The position numbers were made by a program, and so were the translations under genes. DNA of 64,000 nt from Monocercomonoides exilis PA203 (lineage: Eukaryota; Protista; Preaxostyla): contig LSRY02000006.1 of assembly GCA_001643675.2 (NCBI GenBank), positions 1,922,001 to 1,986,000 of the forward strand. The letters run 5' to 3'. This document shows positions 1 through 10,116 of this stretch, piece by piece. The notes beneath the pieces are model-generated. The model saw only the letters and a list, made by a program, of their open reading frames with translations. It made no database searches and was not told the origin of the DNA. Positions within the stretch are counted from its first letter, which is position 1. The number at the start of each line of letters is the position of its first letter.

Positions 1-1888
1 CGGAAGCCAAATTCAGTATGCATTTCAGCAGATGCACCGGGCGTGGAAGTTTGTGCAAATTGCTCACGATACGCAGTTTGTGCGACTTGCTTCTCTTTTG
101 CAAGAAATGAACTCCCAGCAAGTTCAAGAATTGCTCAACAATTCACAGTGCAATGAAGATGGAAAGGCGAAGAAAGATTCTTTGAATGCAGCTTTTTCCA
201 AAAGAAATGGTGTGAATGATATGAGTAGAGAGGGCAACGAAACGGAAGATCATGAAACACTTTACAAGCAACTTTTTGAAAGTGCATATTTGTCCGAAAA
301 ATTGTTGTCTGCATCTTCTTCTTCCAACGTGCTTGAATCGTTGCAGTCTTCGCAAGTGTTCAACGAACATAAAAAAAGCAATACAAATCTGATTGCCTCA
401 AGTGATCTTTTAGAAGACCCAGGAGCTCGAATTCACATTTTCCGACGCATGGCGTTTTTAGTTGCCGCCGCTGAATGTTTTCTGTCTGCTGCTTCTCATT
501 TTTCTAACTCTCGGCTGATTTCACTCAGTGCAACTGCTCGCCAGTTGGCTCAGCAAACTTTGTTTTTCATAAAATATCCAAAAATTTGCTGGGCAAACAA
601 CGATGAATCGCCTGAATCTAACAAAGCTGATCTTCCTCCAGCTCAAATGCTTTCTTCTTTACACAATTTGCAAGACATTCTTTCATTTGATTTAAATCAG
701 GCTTTAAAAGATGCAAGTTCACAAAATAAAAAGGAAGACAATCAACATACTTCAACAAATTCGATGATGAAGAATGAAGTGGGGAGGAGCAAGGGAGGAA
801 GGAGCAGAGAAGGAAGGAGGGGAAAGGAAGAAAGAGGGGCGGGGAAGCGGGGAAAGGGGCCAGAAGGAAGGAGGATGTGGGAAGAGGTGGTGGAGGCGGA
901 AAGCGGAAGGAGCCGGCCGCTGAAGGAGTGGTGGAGGCAGGTGTGTGTGGAGATGGAAGGGGCGGGGGTGGGGTGGGAAAGAGAAGCAGAGGCAGAGCAA
1001 GAGCGGGAGAGGGCGAAAGAGCGGGAGAGGCAGAAGAAGAAGAATGAGAGGAAGAGGGATGGGAAAGGGCTGATGGAGCGGGACATGAGCTCGACGTCGG
1101 TGGTGATGCAGAACTCGCCGTTGCGAGAAGGGGGCGGGGGAGGGGCTGGGCAGCTGCAGTTGCTTGCGAGGTCGGCGAGGCTGGTGATTGGGAGCGAAAG
1201 GGGCGGGGCGGAGGAAGGCAGGGATGGGGAGAGGTCAGGGGAGTGTGGGTGGCCTTCGTTCTTCACAGCAGCATTTTCGCTGGCGGAGGCAGACGGGGAA
1301 GGAGCGGGCGAGCAGAGCGGGTTTGAGGCGATGCACGCGAGCACGACTGCAGAGCTAGTGTGTGGAGAGGCGAGTGGGCTGCTGTTTGGGGATGGGGAGT
1401 TTGTGCCATGCTTCTTGTTTGAGTTCTGCTTGCGGCGCGGGATGCTTTCTGTTGCAGCGGAGCTGGCGAGGCAATGCCCGGCAGTGGGGGAGGCAGTGGG
1501 GACGACGATGTGGATTGGGATGCGGCAGGCGTGCAGCAGCGAGGGGAGCGAGAGCAACCGGGCAGAGTATGTGCGGCGGATGCAGGGGATGGTAGATGTT
1601 GTTTCGAGCAACGGAGGAGGAAGATGGGAGTCGGAGCAAAGCGGAAGGAGGCGATGGCTGCGACGGTTTGCAGGGCGAGTGCTGCCGCCGCTTCGGTGCT
1701 TTTACAAAAGCAGAAATGGTCGAGGCATAAGCGTCGAATCAGAAGGAAGAGACAAAAGAAGCGAGGAAAATGTGCAGCTAACAAAAGTGATGGAAGTACT
1801 TCGCAGAAAGATAGATGAAGGCGGAGTGGAGGACATGACTGAAAGTTTTGTTATAAAGCTGGAAGCCGAAAAGGAGGTAATAGTTTGA
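1..1888 (+). CDS. Hypothetical protein, 5'-partial (frame is open to the window edge); weak resemblance to the spatacsin/SPG11 C-terminus
   Basis: 618-aa ORF with no in-frame stop upstream of 32. Composition changes abruptly to G/A-rich near 775. The spatacsin resemblance is from memory only: FLSAASHF..LSATARQLAQQ, WPSFFTAAFSLAEA, FLFEFCLRRG. Confidence 0.55.
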   Translation, partial: GSQIQYAFQQMHRAWKFVQIAHDTQFVRLASLLQEMNSQQVQELLNNSQCNEDGKAKKDSLNAAFSKRNGVNDMSREGNETEDHETLYKQLFESAYLSEKLLSASSSSNVLESLQSSQVFNEHKKSNTNLIASSDLLEDPGARIHIFRRMAFLVAAAECFLSAASHFSNSRLISLSATARQLAQQTLFFIKYPKICWANNDESPESNKADLPPAQMLSSLHNLQDILSFDLNQALKDASSQNKKEDNQHTSTNSMMKNEVGRSKGGRSREGRRGKEERGAGKRGKGPEGRRMWEEVVEAESGRSRPLKEWWRQVCVEMEGAGVGWEREAEAEQERERAKERERQKKKNERKRDGKGLMERDMSSTSVVMQNSPLREGGGGGAGQLQLLARSARLVIGSERGGAEEGRDGERSGECGWPSFFTAAFSLAEADGEGAGEQSGFEAMHASTTAELVCGEASGLLFGDGEFVPCFLFEFCLRRGMLSVAAELARQCPAVGEAVGTTMWIGMRQACSSEGSESNRAEYVRRMQGMVDVVSSNGGGRWESEQSGRRRWLRRFAGRVLPPLRCFYKSRNGRGISVESEGRDKRSEENVQLTKVMEVLRRKIDEGGVEDMTESFVIKLEAEKEVIV

Positions 1889-4800
1889 TTTTCTTTTGAC
1901 AAATTTCTTCTTGGTGCTGCCTTTGCGGCGCCTCTTAACCAAGAGACAGAGAGGCATTGGCTTTATGATTTTTGTACGTTTTTGTTTGTGGCCTTGCAAT
2001 TGTTTTTCTGATGCTTTTGTTTGTCAAGATTTGCGTTTGATGTCAAATGATAAGTTTTAATTAGAAGTGGCTTTGTTTAATGAGATTTAATAATTAAATA
2101 AACGAGAAGTTTTTTCTTTCTTTTTTCTTTAGTTAATGTCAAGATCGGTTCAAGAACAAATTTGATATATTGTGTGATGTATGATAAATTATTGCTTGTA
2201 TTCGTTAAACTATTATAATAATGTGAAGAAATATTTTTTAAAAAATTTTTAATATGAAATGAAAATTAAATGGCTTTAATTTTTATAGTTATTTTTTTCT
2301 TTTTGTATTTCACAAAAATTATTCAAAAATTAAATTGGATATAATTTATTAACAAGCAAAAAGTTGAGTTTTGTATTTGAAAAATACTTTAGAGGTTTTA
2401 ATCTCTTTCTTTCTTTTTTTCTTTCTTTCTTTTTTGAAAGAAATTGTGTGTGTGTGATTATATTTGAAATTGTAACAATATTATGGATTCCGTTCATTCA
2501 TTAAATCATTTGTGATTATTTGCATTAGTATGGCATAAATGTTTGATTTTGAATGTGATTTGACACACAATTAAAAATTAGGCCTGATTATTTTCTTTTA
2601 AATCAATCACCTTGATTTATTTTTTCCGATTCACAATCTAAAATAAATAAATAAATTTTCAAATACAAAAACAGTTTATAGTTAGTGTTAATAATGGTGG
2701 AGACTTTCAATAACTGTGGACATTTGCATTATCTCAACGACCGTTGATGGTTACATTTGGACAATTAAAGTGTTTATTTTATTTTTGTATTCTTACAATT
2801 ATGTTGGAAAGAAAAGAAACTTCTTTCTTTCAAAAATATAGAAAAATTCATCATAATAATTGAGAGAAACCCGTTGAAAAAAGACTCTTCGGGTTTCCCC
2901 GAAAAAAGAAAATTATATCAAACAAGTTCATCTCGAAGGATGAACCATTGAAACTAATCTTTTTATTCAGTATTCATTGAAGAAAATAGTTGTTAAATAA
3001 TCTTAATGCAACTATCAATGGTCATTGAGATAATGCAAATGTCCACAGTTATTGAAAGTCTCCACCATTATTAACACTAACTATAAACTGTTTTTGTATT
3101 TGAAAATTTATTTATTTATTTTAGATTGTGAATCGGAAAAAATAAATCAAGGTGATTGATTTAAAAGAAAATAATCAGGCCTAATTTTTAATTGTGTGTC
3201 AAATCACATTCAAAATCAAACATTTATGCCATACTAATGCAAATAATCACAAATGATTTAATGAATGAACGGAATCCATAATATTGTTACAATTTCAAAT
3301 ATAATCACACACACACAATTTCTTTCAAAAAAGAAAGAAAGAAAAAAAGAAAGAAAGAGATTAAAACCTCTAAAGTATTTTTCAAATACAAAACTCAACT
3401 TTTTGCTTGTTAATAAATTATATCCAATTTAATTTTTGAATAATTTTTGTGAAATACAAAAAGAAAAAAATAACTATAAAAATTAAAGCCATTTAATTTT
3501 CATTTCATATTAAAAATTTTTTAAAAAATATTTCTTCACATTATTATAATAGTTTAACGAATACAAGCAATAATTTATCATACATCACACAATATATCAA
3601 ATTTGTTCTTGAACCGATCTTGACATTAACTAAAGAAAAAAGAAAGAAAAAACTTCTCGTTTATTTAATTATTAAATCTCATTAAACAAAGCCACTTCTA
3701 ATTAAAACTTATCATTTGACATCAAACGCAAATCTTGACAAACAAAAGCATCAGAAAAACAATTGCAAGGCCACAAACAAAAACGTACAAAAATCATAAA
3801 GCCAATGCCTCTCTGTCTCTTGGGTTAAGAGGCGCCGCAAAGGCAGCACCAAGAAGAAATTTGTCAAAAGAAAATCAAACTATTACCTCCTTTTCGGCTT
3901 CCAGCTTTATAACAAAACTTTCAGTCATGTCCTCCACTCCGCCTTCATCTATCTTTCTGCGAAGTACTTCCATCACTTTTGTTAGCTGCACATTTTCCTC
4001 GCTTCTTTTGTCTCTTCCTTCTGATTCGACGCTTATGCCTCGACCATTTCTGCTTTTGTAAAAGCACCGAAGCGGCGGCAGCACTCGCCCTGCAAACCGT
4101 CGCAGCCATCGCCTCCTTCCGCTTTGCTCCGACTCCCATCTTCCTCCTCCGTTGCTCGAAACAACATCTACCATCCCCTGCATCCGCCGCACATACTCTG
4201 CCCGGTTGCTCTCGCTCCCCTCGCTGCTGCACGCCTGCCGCATCCCAATCCACATCGTCGTCCCCACTGCCTCCCCCACTGCCGGGCATTGCCTCGCCAG
4301 CTCCGCTGCAACAGAAAGCATCCCGCGCCGCAAGCAGAACTCAAACAAGAAGCATGGCACAAACTCCCCATCCCCAAACAGCAGCCCACTCGCCTCTCCA
4401 CACACTAGCTCTGCAGTCGTGCTCGCGTGCATCGCCTCAAACCCGCTCTGCTCGCCCGCTCCTTCCCCGTCTGCCTCCGCCAGCGAAAATGCTGCTGTGA
4501 AGAACGAAGGCCACCCACACTCCCCTGACCTCTCCCCATCCCTGCCTTCCTCCGCCCCGCCCCTTTCGCTCCCAATCACCAGCCTCGCCGACCTCGCAAG
4601 CAACTGCAGCTGCCCAGCCCCTCCCCCGCCCCCTTCTCGCAACGGCGAGTTCTGCATCACCACCGACGTCGAGCTCATGTCCCGCTCCATCAGCCCTTTC
4701 CCATCCCTCTTCCTCTCATTCTTCTTCTTCTGCCTCTCCCGCTCTTTCGCCCTCTCCCGCTCTTGCTCTGCCTCTGCTTCTCTTTCCCACCCCACCCCCG

Positions 4801-5007
4801 CCCCTTCCATCTCCACACACACCTGCCTCCACCACTCCTTCAGCGGCCGGCTCCTTCCGCTTTCCGCCTCCACCACCTCTTCCCACATCCTCCTTCCTTC
4901 TGGCCCCTTTCCCCGCTTCCCCGCCCCTCTTTCTTCCTTTCCCCTCCTTCCTTCTCTGCTCCTTCCTCCCTTGCTCCTCCCCACTTCATTCTTCATCATC
5001 GAATTTG
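756..5007. repeat. Giant inverted repeat: arms 756-2757 and 3005-5007, spacer about 247 bp
   Basis: ORFs 764-1888(+) and 3875-4999(-) encode identical 374-aa sequences. I saw one 1-bp indel (near 1940/3822) and 4 transitions in the innermost 20 bp; otherwise the arms look identical. Confidence 0.97.
3875..4999 (-). CDS. Inverted copy of the C-terminal 374 aa of the first ORF (truncated paralog or separate gene)
   Basis: Identical translation starting MMKNEVGRSK. It has its own ATG with AT-rich upstream DNA shared divergently with BiP. Confidence 0.4.
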   Translation of the reverse strand: MMKNEVGRSKGGRSREGRRGKEERGAGKRGKGPEGRRMWEEVVEAESGRSRPLKEWWRQVCVEMEGAGVGWEREAEAEQERERAKERERQKKKNERKRDGKGLMERDMSSTSVVMQNSPLREGGGGGAGQLQLLARSARLVIGSERGGAEEGRDGERSGECGWPSFFTAAFSLAEADGEGAGEQSGFEAMHASTTAELVCGEASGLLFGDGEFVPCFLFEFCLRRGMLSVAAELARQCPAVGEAVGTTMWIGMRQACSSEGSESNRAEYVRRMQGMVDVVSSNGGGRWESEQSGRRRWLRRFAGRVLPPLRCFYKSRNGRGISVESEGRDKRSEENVQLTKVMEVLRRKIDEGGVEDMTESFVIKLEAEKEVIV

Positions 5008-5351
5008 ATTTTGAATTTATTTAATTTTTATTTTATCAAAATATATATATATTTCATTTAAATTAATATTACATTGTCAAAAAATTATCAATTTTATTGC
5101 AGGTGATGTATGTTGATATATTTTTTGAAAAAAGAACAATATGTGAAATTGTAACTGTAAAAAAGAATAGATTGCTTGACAAACAAATTACCGATAGATC
5201 TTTTAATTATGTTGTATTATTGGAGTTGGTTTTATGAATTTACACTTTTAATGATGCTTGATTTTCAAAATTAAATCTCTGTTGATCTTAAATATTTTGT
5301 ATAAATATATTTATAAACTATGGAAAGATCATAATTTTGAGATCGACAAGG

Positions 5352-7444
5352 ATGAAGTCTTTGTTTGTTATTTGTGCAATTTTATCTTTATTAGCAAAAG
5401 AAGATAAAGAAAACGGAAAAGAGAAGGAAAAAGTTAAACGTATGCTCATTGATTATTCTTTGCTTTTATGATTATTTGTGGTATTTGTTTTTCGGAAAAT
5501 TAATGTATTTTGCTTTTTAAAAAACTAGGCGGAACTGTTATTGGTATCGATTTAGGGACAACGTACAGTTGCGTTGGTGTATATCAAAATGGAAGAGTTG
5601 AAATTATTGCTAATGAATTAGGTCATCGCACAACTCCTTCATGGGTTGCTTTTTCGGATATGGATAGGCTTATTGGTGATGCAGCCAAATCTCAAGTGTC
5701 AATCAATCCAACAAACACTATTTATGACATGAAAAGACTTATTGGAAGAAAATGGGATGATCCAGAAGTTCAGAGAGATGCAAAGTTATATCCATTCAAG
5801 CTTGTTAATTCCGACGGAAAGCCTATCGTTGAAGTTACAGTCAAAGGAGAGCAGAGAAGATTTGCTCCCGAAGAAATTTCTGCCATGGTGCTCGGAAAAA
5901 TGAAGCAAATTGCAAAAGATTATTTAGGCAAAGAAGTTACACATGCTGTGATTACTGTGCCAGCCTATTTCAACGATGCTCAACGTCAAGCTACAAAAGA
6001 TGCAGGAACAATTGCTGGATTGACTGTTGAAAGAGTCCTTAACGAACCAACGGCAGCCGCTGTTGCATATGGAATTGATAAGAAGTATAAAAACGAAAAG
6101 AACATTATTGTTTACGATCTTGGTGGAGGGACTTTCGATGTTTCTCTTCTTCAAATTGAAAAAGAGTTCTTTGAAGTTCTTTCAACAAACGGAAATACTC
6201 ATTTAGGAGGAGAAGATTTTGATCAAAATGTTATTCGTCATTTATTGAAATTGTGGCAGAAAAAGACAGGAAATGATATTTCCAACAATCAACGATGCCT
6301 TCAAAAATTACGTCGCGAAGTTGAAAAAGCAAAATGTGCATTGTCAACCTCATTCCAGGCAATTATTGAAATTGACAATTTCTTCGATGGAGTTGACTTC
6401 AGAGAAACTTTGACTCGCGCACGTTTCGAAGAATTAAATGCTGATTTATTCAGATCAACACTCAAACCAGTTGAACAAGTTTTGAAAGATGCAGGATTAA
6501 AGAAATCTGAGATCGACGAAGTTGTGATGGTTGGTGGATCTTCACGTATTCCAAAAATTCAACAATTAGTTAAAGACTTTTTCGGAGGCAAAGAACTTGC
6601 AAGAGGAATCAATCCGGATGAAGCAGTTGCGTATGGAGCTGCAATGCAAGCGTCATTGTTTTCCGATGATTTAGATGCTGAGAATAAAGAATCAATGGTG
6701 ATCATTGATAGAACTCCATTGACACTCGGAATCGAAACAGTTGGAGGAGTTATGACTCCACTTGTCGATCGAAATACAATCATTCCGTGCAAAAAGAGCA
6801 AAGTATTTTCAACCTATGCCGATAATCAAGAATCTGTGCTGATTAAAGTTTATGAAGGAGAACGAAAAATGGTAAAAGATAACCACGAGTTAGGTCAATT
6901 TAACCTTGGAGGAATTCCACCCGCAAAGAGAGGAGTCCCTCAAATTGAGGTTACTTTTGAAATCGATTCAAACGGTATTATGTCTGTTACTGCTCTTGAT
7001 CAAGGAACGAAAAAGAAAGAAGGAATTACAATTACAAACGAAAAAGGAAGATTGACAGAAGAAGAAATGGAAAAAATGAAAGAGGACGCAGAGAAATTCC
7101 GAGAAGAAGATGAACGAAACTTCAAGAAGGTTACAAAGAAGAACGAAATTTATCAATACGCACTCAATCTAAATGATCAAGTTGAGGATGATGATAAATT
7201 GGGATCTAAACTTTCTGATGAAGAAAAGCAAACAATTCAAAGTGCAACAAAAGAAACCTTGGACTGGCTTGACTCGAATCAAACGGCAGAGTTAGACGAA
7301 TTGGAAGCCCAGCTTAAATCTCTTCAAAAAACAGCGGAACCTATTATCGAAAAAGTTTATCAACAACAAGGAGGACAAGGAGGTCAAGCTGGATCTGCTG
7401 AAGAGGATTCTTCGGATTCTGACGAAGCAGCAGATGAGTTATAA
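5352..7444 (+). CDS. BiP: ER luminal Hsp70 (BiP/GRP78), 667 aa; exons 5352-5439 and 5529-7444
   Basis: Motifs [39 protein letters not shown] and [13 protein letters not shown]. An 89-nt intron (GTATGC...CTAG) restores the signal peptide [15 protein letters not shown] in frame. C-terminus is ADEL. Confidence 0.97.
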
Positions 7445-7996
7445 ACAATCTTACAGACGCTTCATATTCACGTCGCTTTTTTTGAAGAAGGGTTTTTAAA
7501 TTTTTGGTTATAGATTTTTCACCATTGTCCACATTTATGTATTTCGCATTTTTTATTTTGTAATTTTTCTCCTTATTCAATTGACATTCGCTTTTTAGTT
7601 GAGGGAAATATTGCGTGAACCAATCATTCAAACTTTGTGTTTTTCGATAAAAAATTGTTAAAAATCGTATTTTGCGAATTTGATCCACTAAAATTTAAAA
7701 AAATTCTGCTTATTATGAAAAACTGGAAAACAATCAGAGTGAATATCACATGTAACAATATTTTTTAAATAATTATTGCTGCCAGACATTTCATTTATGG
7801 GCTTTTTGTACCCAAACAAATTTTAATTTTAATGCAAATAATTATTTATCGTTTCCTCTTCTACATCCAATAATCTGAAATGAACAGAAATAACATTTTG
7901 AATAAATCAGAATAAGGTTTTTAGTGAAACAATATTTTTTCAAGAACAAATTCCTTCTTTTAAATCCAATATGAAGACTGCACAGAATCATGCTTA

Positions 7997-10006
7997 GGGT
8001 CTTGTTTTTATTGGCACTTTTTTCTTTAATGGAACTTTTTTTTTAATAAAAATTAATCTGACCCACAAATGATATTTTAAAATATATTTTTGGTATATGT
8101 ACAAATGTGAAGTATTCTCATATTAAAATTTTGAAAGAAATCCAATTTCTCATGGGGCGGAAATGGGAGGATCCAAGTCCTTCCATTAAGCTTTCATGAG
8201 AAATTGGACTGCACAAAGGTTTGTAAATATTTCTAATTCATTCAAAAATTAAAATATTTATTTAAAATTCTTTAATGAGAATTAATAAATAAAAAAATAT
8301 ATTAATGATCATTACCCATAATATATAAATGAAATTACTAGTGAAAAAGAAAGTTGAAGTTTCGCAGAAGCGGCTGAAGGAAGCAATGTCTCCATTACGT
8401 TACATAAAATATGAAACAAGATTGGAAAGGACTGTACACATTGTGAATGACAATGTTGTCAGGCTGGTCGACGGTGTTGAATACGGTGGAATAAGCAAAA
8501 AATCTTTGGAGCACGCTGTTAAAGCTATAAAAAAACGGCAGGCCGATTGCAAAAGAAGGGTACCCACCTATTATTTGCGGCGAAAAAGAAAGACAATTCT
8601 TGGAAGAAGTCACAATAGAATCTCGATCTGGGACAAGCCTCTCTTTACGAAAAGCGCGCGATCTGGTTTGCAATTGATATTTGAATTGTATATTAATTTG
8701 TATTTAGATGGAAAATTTAATTAACGATAGTGAAGAAGAAGGAGAAAAAGAAGAGAAGAAGAAAAAGACAGTCACTCTGAAGACAGTTCACACATTCATA
8801 AAGCGCCATCCGGAATTGAAGTCATCGCTTCCAAAGCAAGTTGACATAAACAGACTAGCAGCATCTTGCCAGAAAGTCCAAAAGCCGTGGTTATCCAAAT
8901 TACAAGTATTTCAAGATGCAAACAAATATCCAGAGGAATAAATCTTCAATATCGATGAATCTTCGCTTCGAATTCCAACTTCTACACGTGGCGTTGTTAT
9001 TCATCCCGCAGATGAACAACCTGGATTCAAAAAGACTGCCGAAAGGATGCAGAATGCCACTCTCGTTGCTGGAATCGCTGCTGATGGTTTCTCTCTTCCG
9101 TCTGTTGTGCTGTGGCCGAGCGCGACTCTTCCAAAAGAATTGACAACACTGTTAACGCCGTCGCTTGACATTTGGCCAAACACAAACGGCTGGATGGACA
9201 AAATGTAATTCAAAAAATACGCCTTAACAGTCTTACTTCCATCTATTATTGACAGAAGAAAACGAGAAATTAAAAATTTCATCTATTCATTCTTCTCCTT
9301 GAATCACACTCATCACGGGCAGATCACACTGGACGGAGACAGTTCAAGGAAGCCTAAATAGACGTTGTCACCTTCGTTCCACACACCACGCACATATCGC
9401 AGCCGCTGGACAGAGGCGTATTTGCAGTTTTGAAGTCAGAGCTTTCAAACAATTACAGCTCTCCATCATCCACCTCCTCATTTTCAAAATGAACAGCTGT
9501 TGCAGATGTGTTGCCACAAGCCCTTCACACAGCATTCACACCATCTGTGATCAAAAAAGCCTTCATTAACAGCGGAGTCCTCAGCAATGGATCTGGATCG
9601 GTTCTTATGGAGCTTCCTCAGTTTTTTCAGAACTCCATTCCTTCTCATTCACATTGTTTCGACTTCTTCGGAAAAGAAATAACAAAAAAAAAAGCTTCTT
9701 GATGAATGGGATGATTAAAATGAAAAACACAAGATGAAAATTGAAGAAATTGAAGAAAAAGAAAAGGAAATTGAAGAAGAAGAATTGCCTTTGGAGAAAA
9801 AAGTGAAAAGGAAATTCAGAAAAATAAAGAATGATGACAATGAAACAAGTGATGAATTTGACACATTTGAACGTGAAAATGGAAAAAGAAAAGTTAGAAG
9901 AGTAATTGATTCGAGTTTTGTATTTTTTTGATGTGTTTTTAACTATTTTTCATTTCAAAAAAATTTGGTGCCAATTAAGAAAAAAGTGCCAATAAAAAGA
10001 TGACCC
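7997..10006 (+). mobile_element. Decayed pogo/Tc1-mariner superfamily DNA transposon, 2010 bp
   Basis: Imperfect TIRs GGGTCTTGTTTTTATTGGCACTTTTTTCTT and AAGAAAAAAGTGCCAATAAAAAGATGACCC, flanked by TA at 7995-7996 and 10007-10008. Contains a transposase remnant. Confidence 0.92.
8329..9931 (+). pseudogene. DDE_1 (pogo/CENP-B-like) transposase pseudogene
   Basis: Motifs IFNIDES, TLVAGIAADG, NGWMD, LLESHSSR (D changed to E) and FVPHTTHISQPLDRGVF. In-frame stops at 8939, 9206, 9355 and 9490. Frameshifts near 8530, 9280 and 9690. Probable intron at 8666-8707. Confidence 0.9.
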
Positions 10007-10116
10007 TATACAGAAAGAAAGTAAAAAGCTCAATCATAAACGAATTTAAACTCATTAAGCATTATAGTTGAAACCAAAAAACAATCAATAAAATCATTGT
10101 AAAATGCGTTCAAATA

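Noticed and set aside
2445-2456. Short (TG)6 microsatellite, mirrored near 3307
   Set aside because: Ordinary short tandem repeat, duplicated only as part of the palindrome.
742-5024. Overlapping 289/290-aa, 173-aa and 114-aa alternative-frame ORFs in the palindrome arms
   Set aside because: They are shadows of G/A-rich sequence that lacks stops in other frames, have low-complexity S/P/L composition, and appear twice only because of the inverted repeat.
5510-5528. ORF-track TTG start for Hsp70 (and GTG start at 48276 for dynein)
   Set aside because: Both starts lie inside predicted introns; spliced upstream exons give ATG starts.
8141-8208. Hairpin as a SECIS element
   Set aside because: No AUGA/GA non-Watson-Crick quartet geometry, and it is not in the 3' UTR of a UGA-containing intact gene.
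8939-9357. TAA read as Gln (alternative code known in some oxymonads)
   Set aside because: BiP, dynein and the kinase end in TAA and Rab in TAG, and a 15.9-kb exon has no in-frame TAA or TAG. The transposase also has a TGA and frameshifts, so it is simply decayed.
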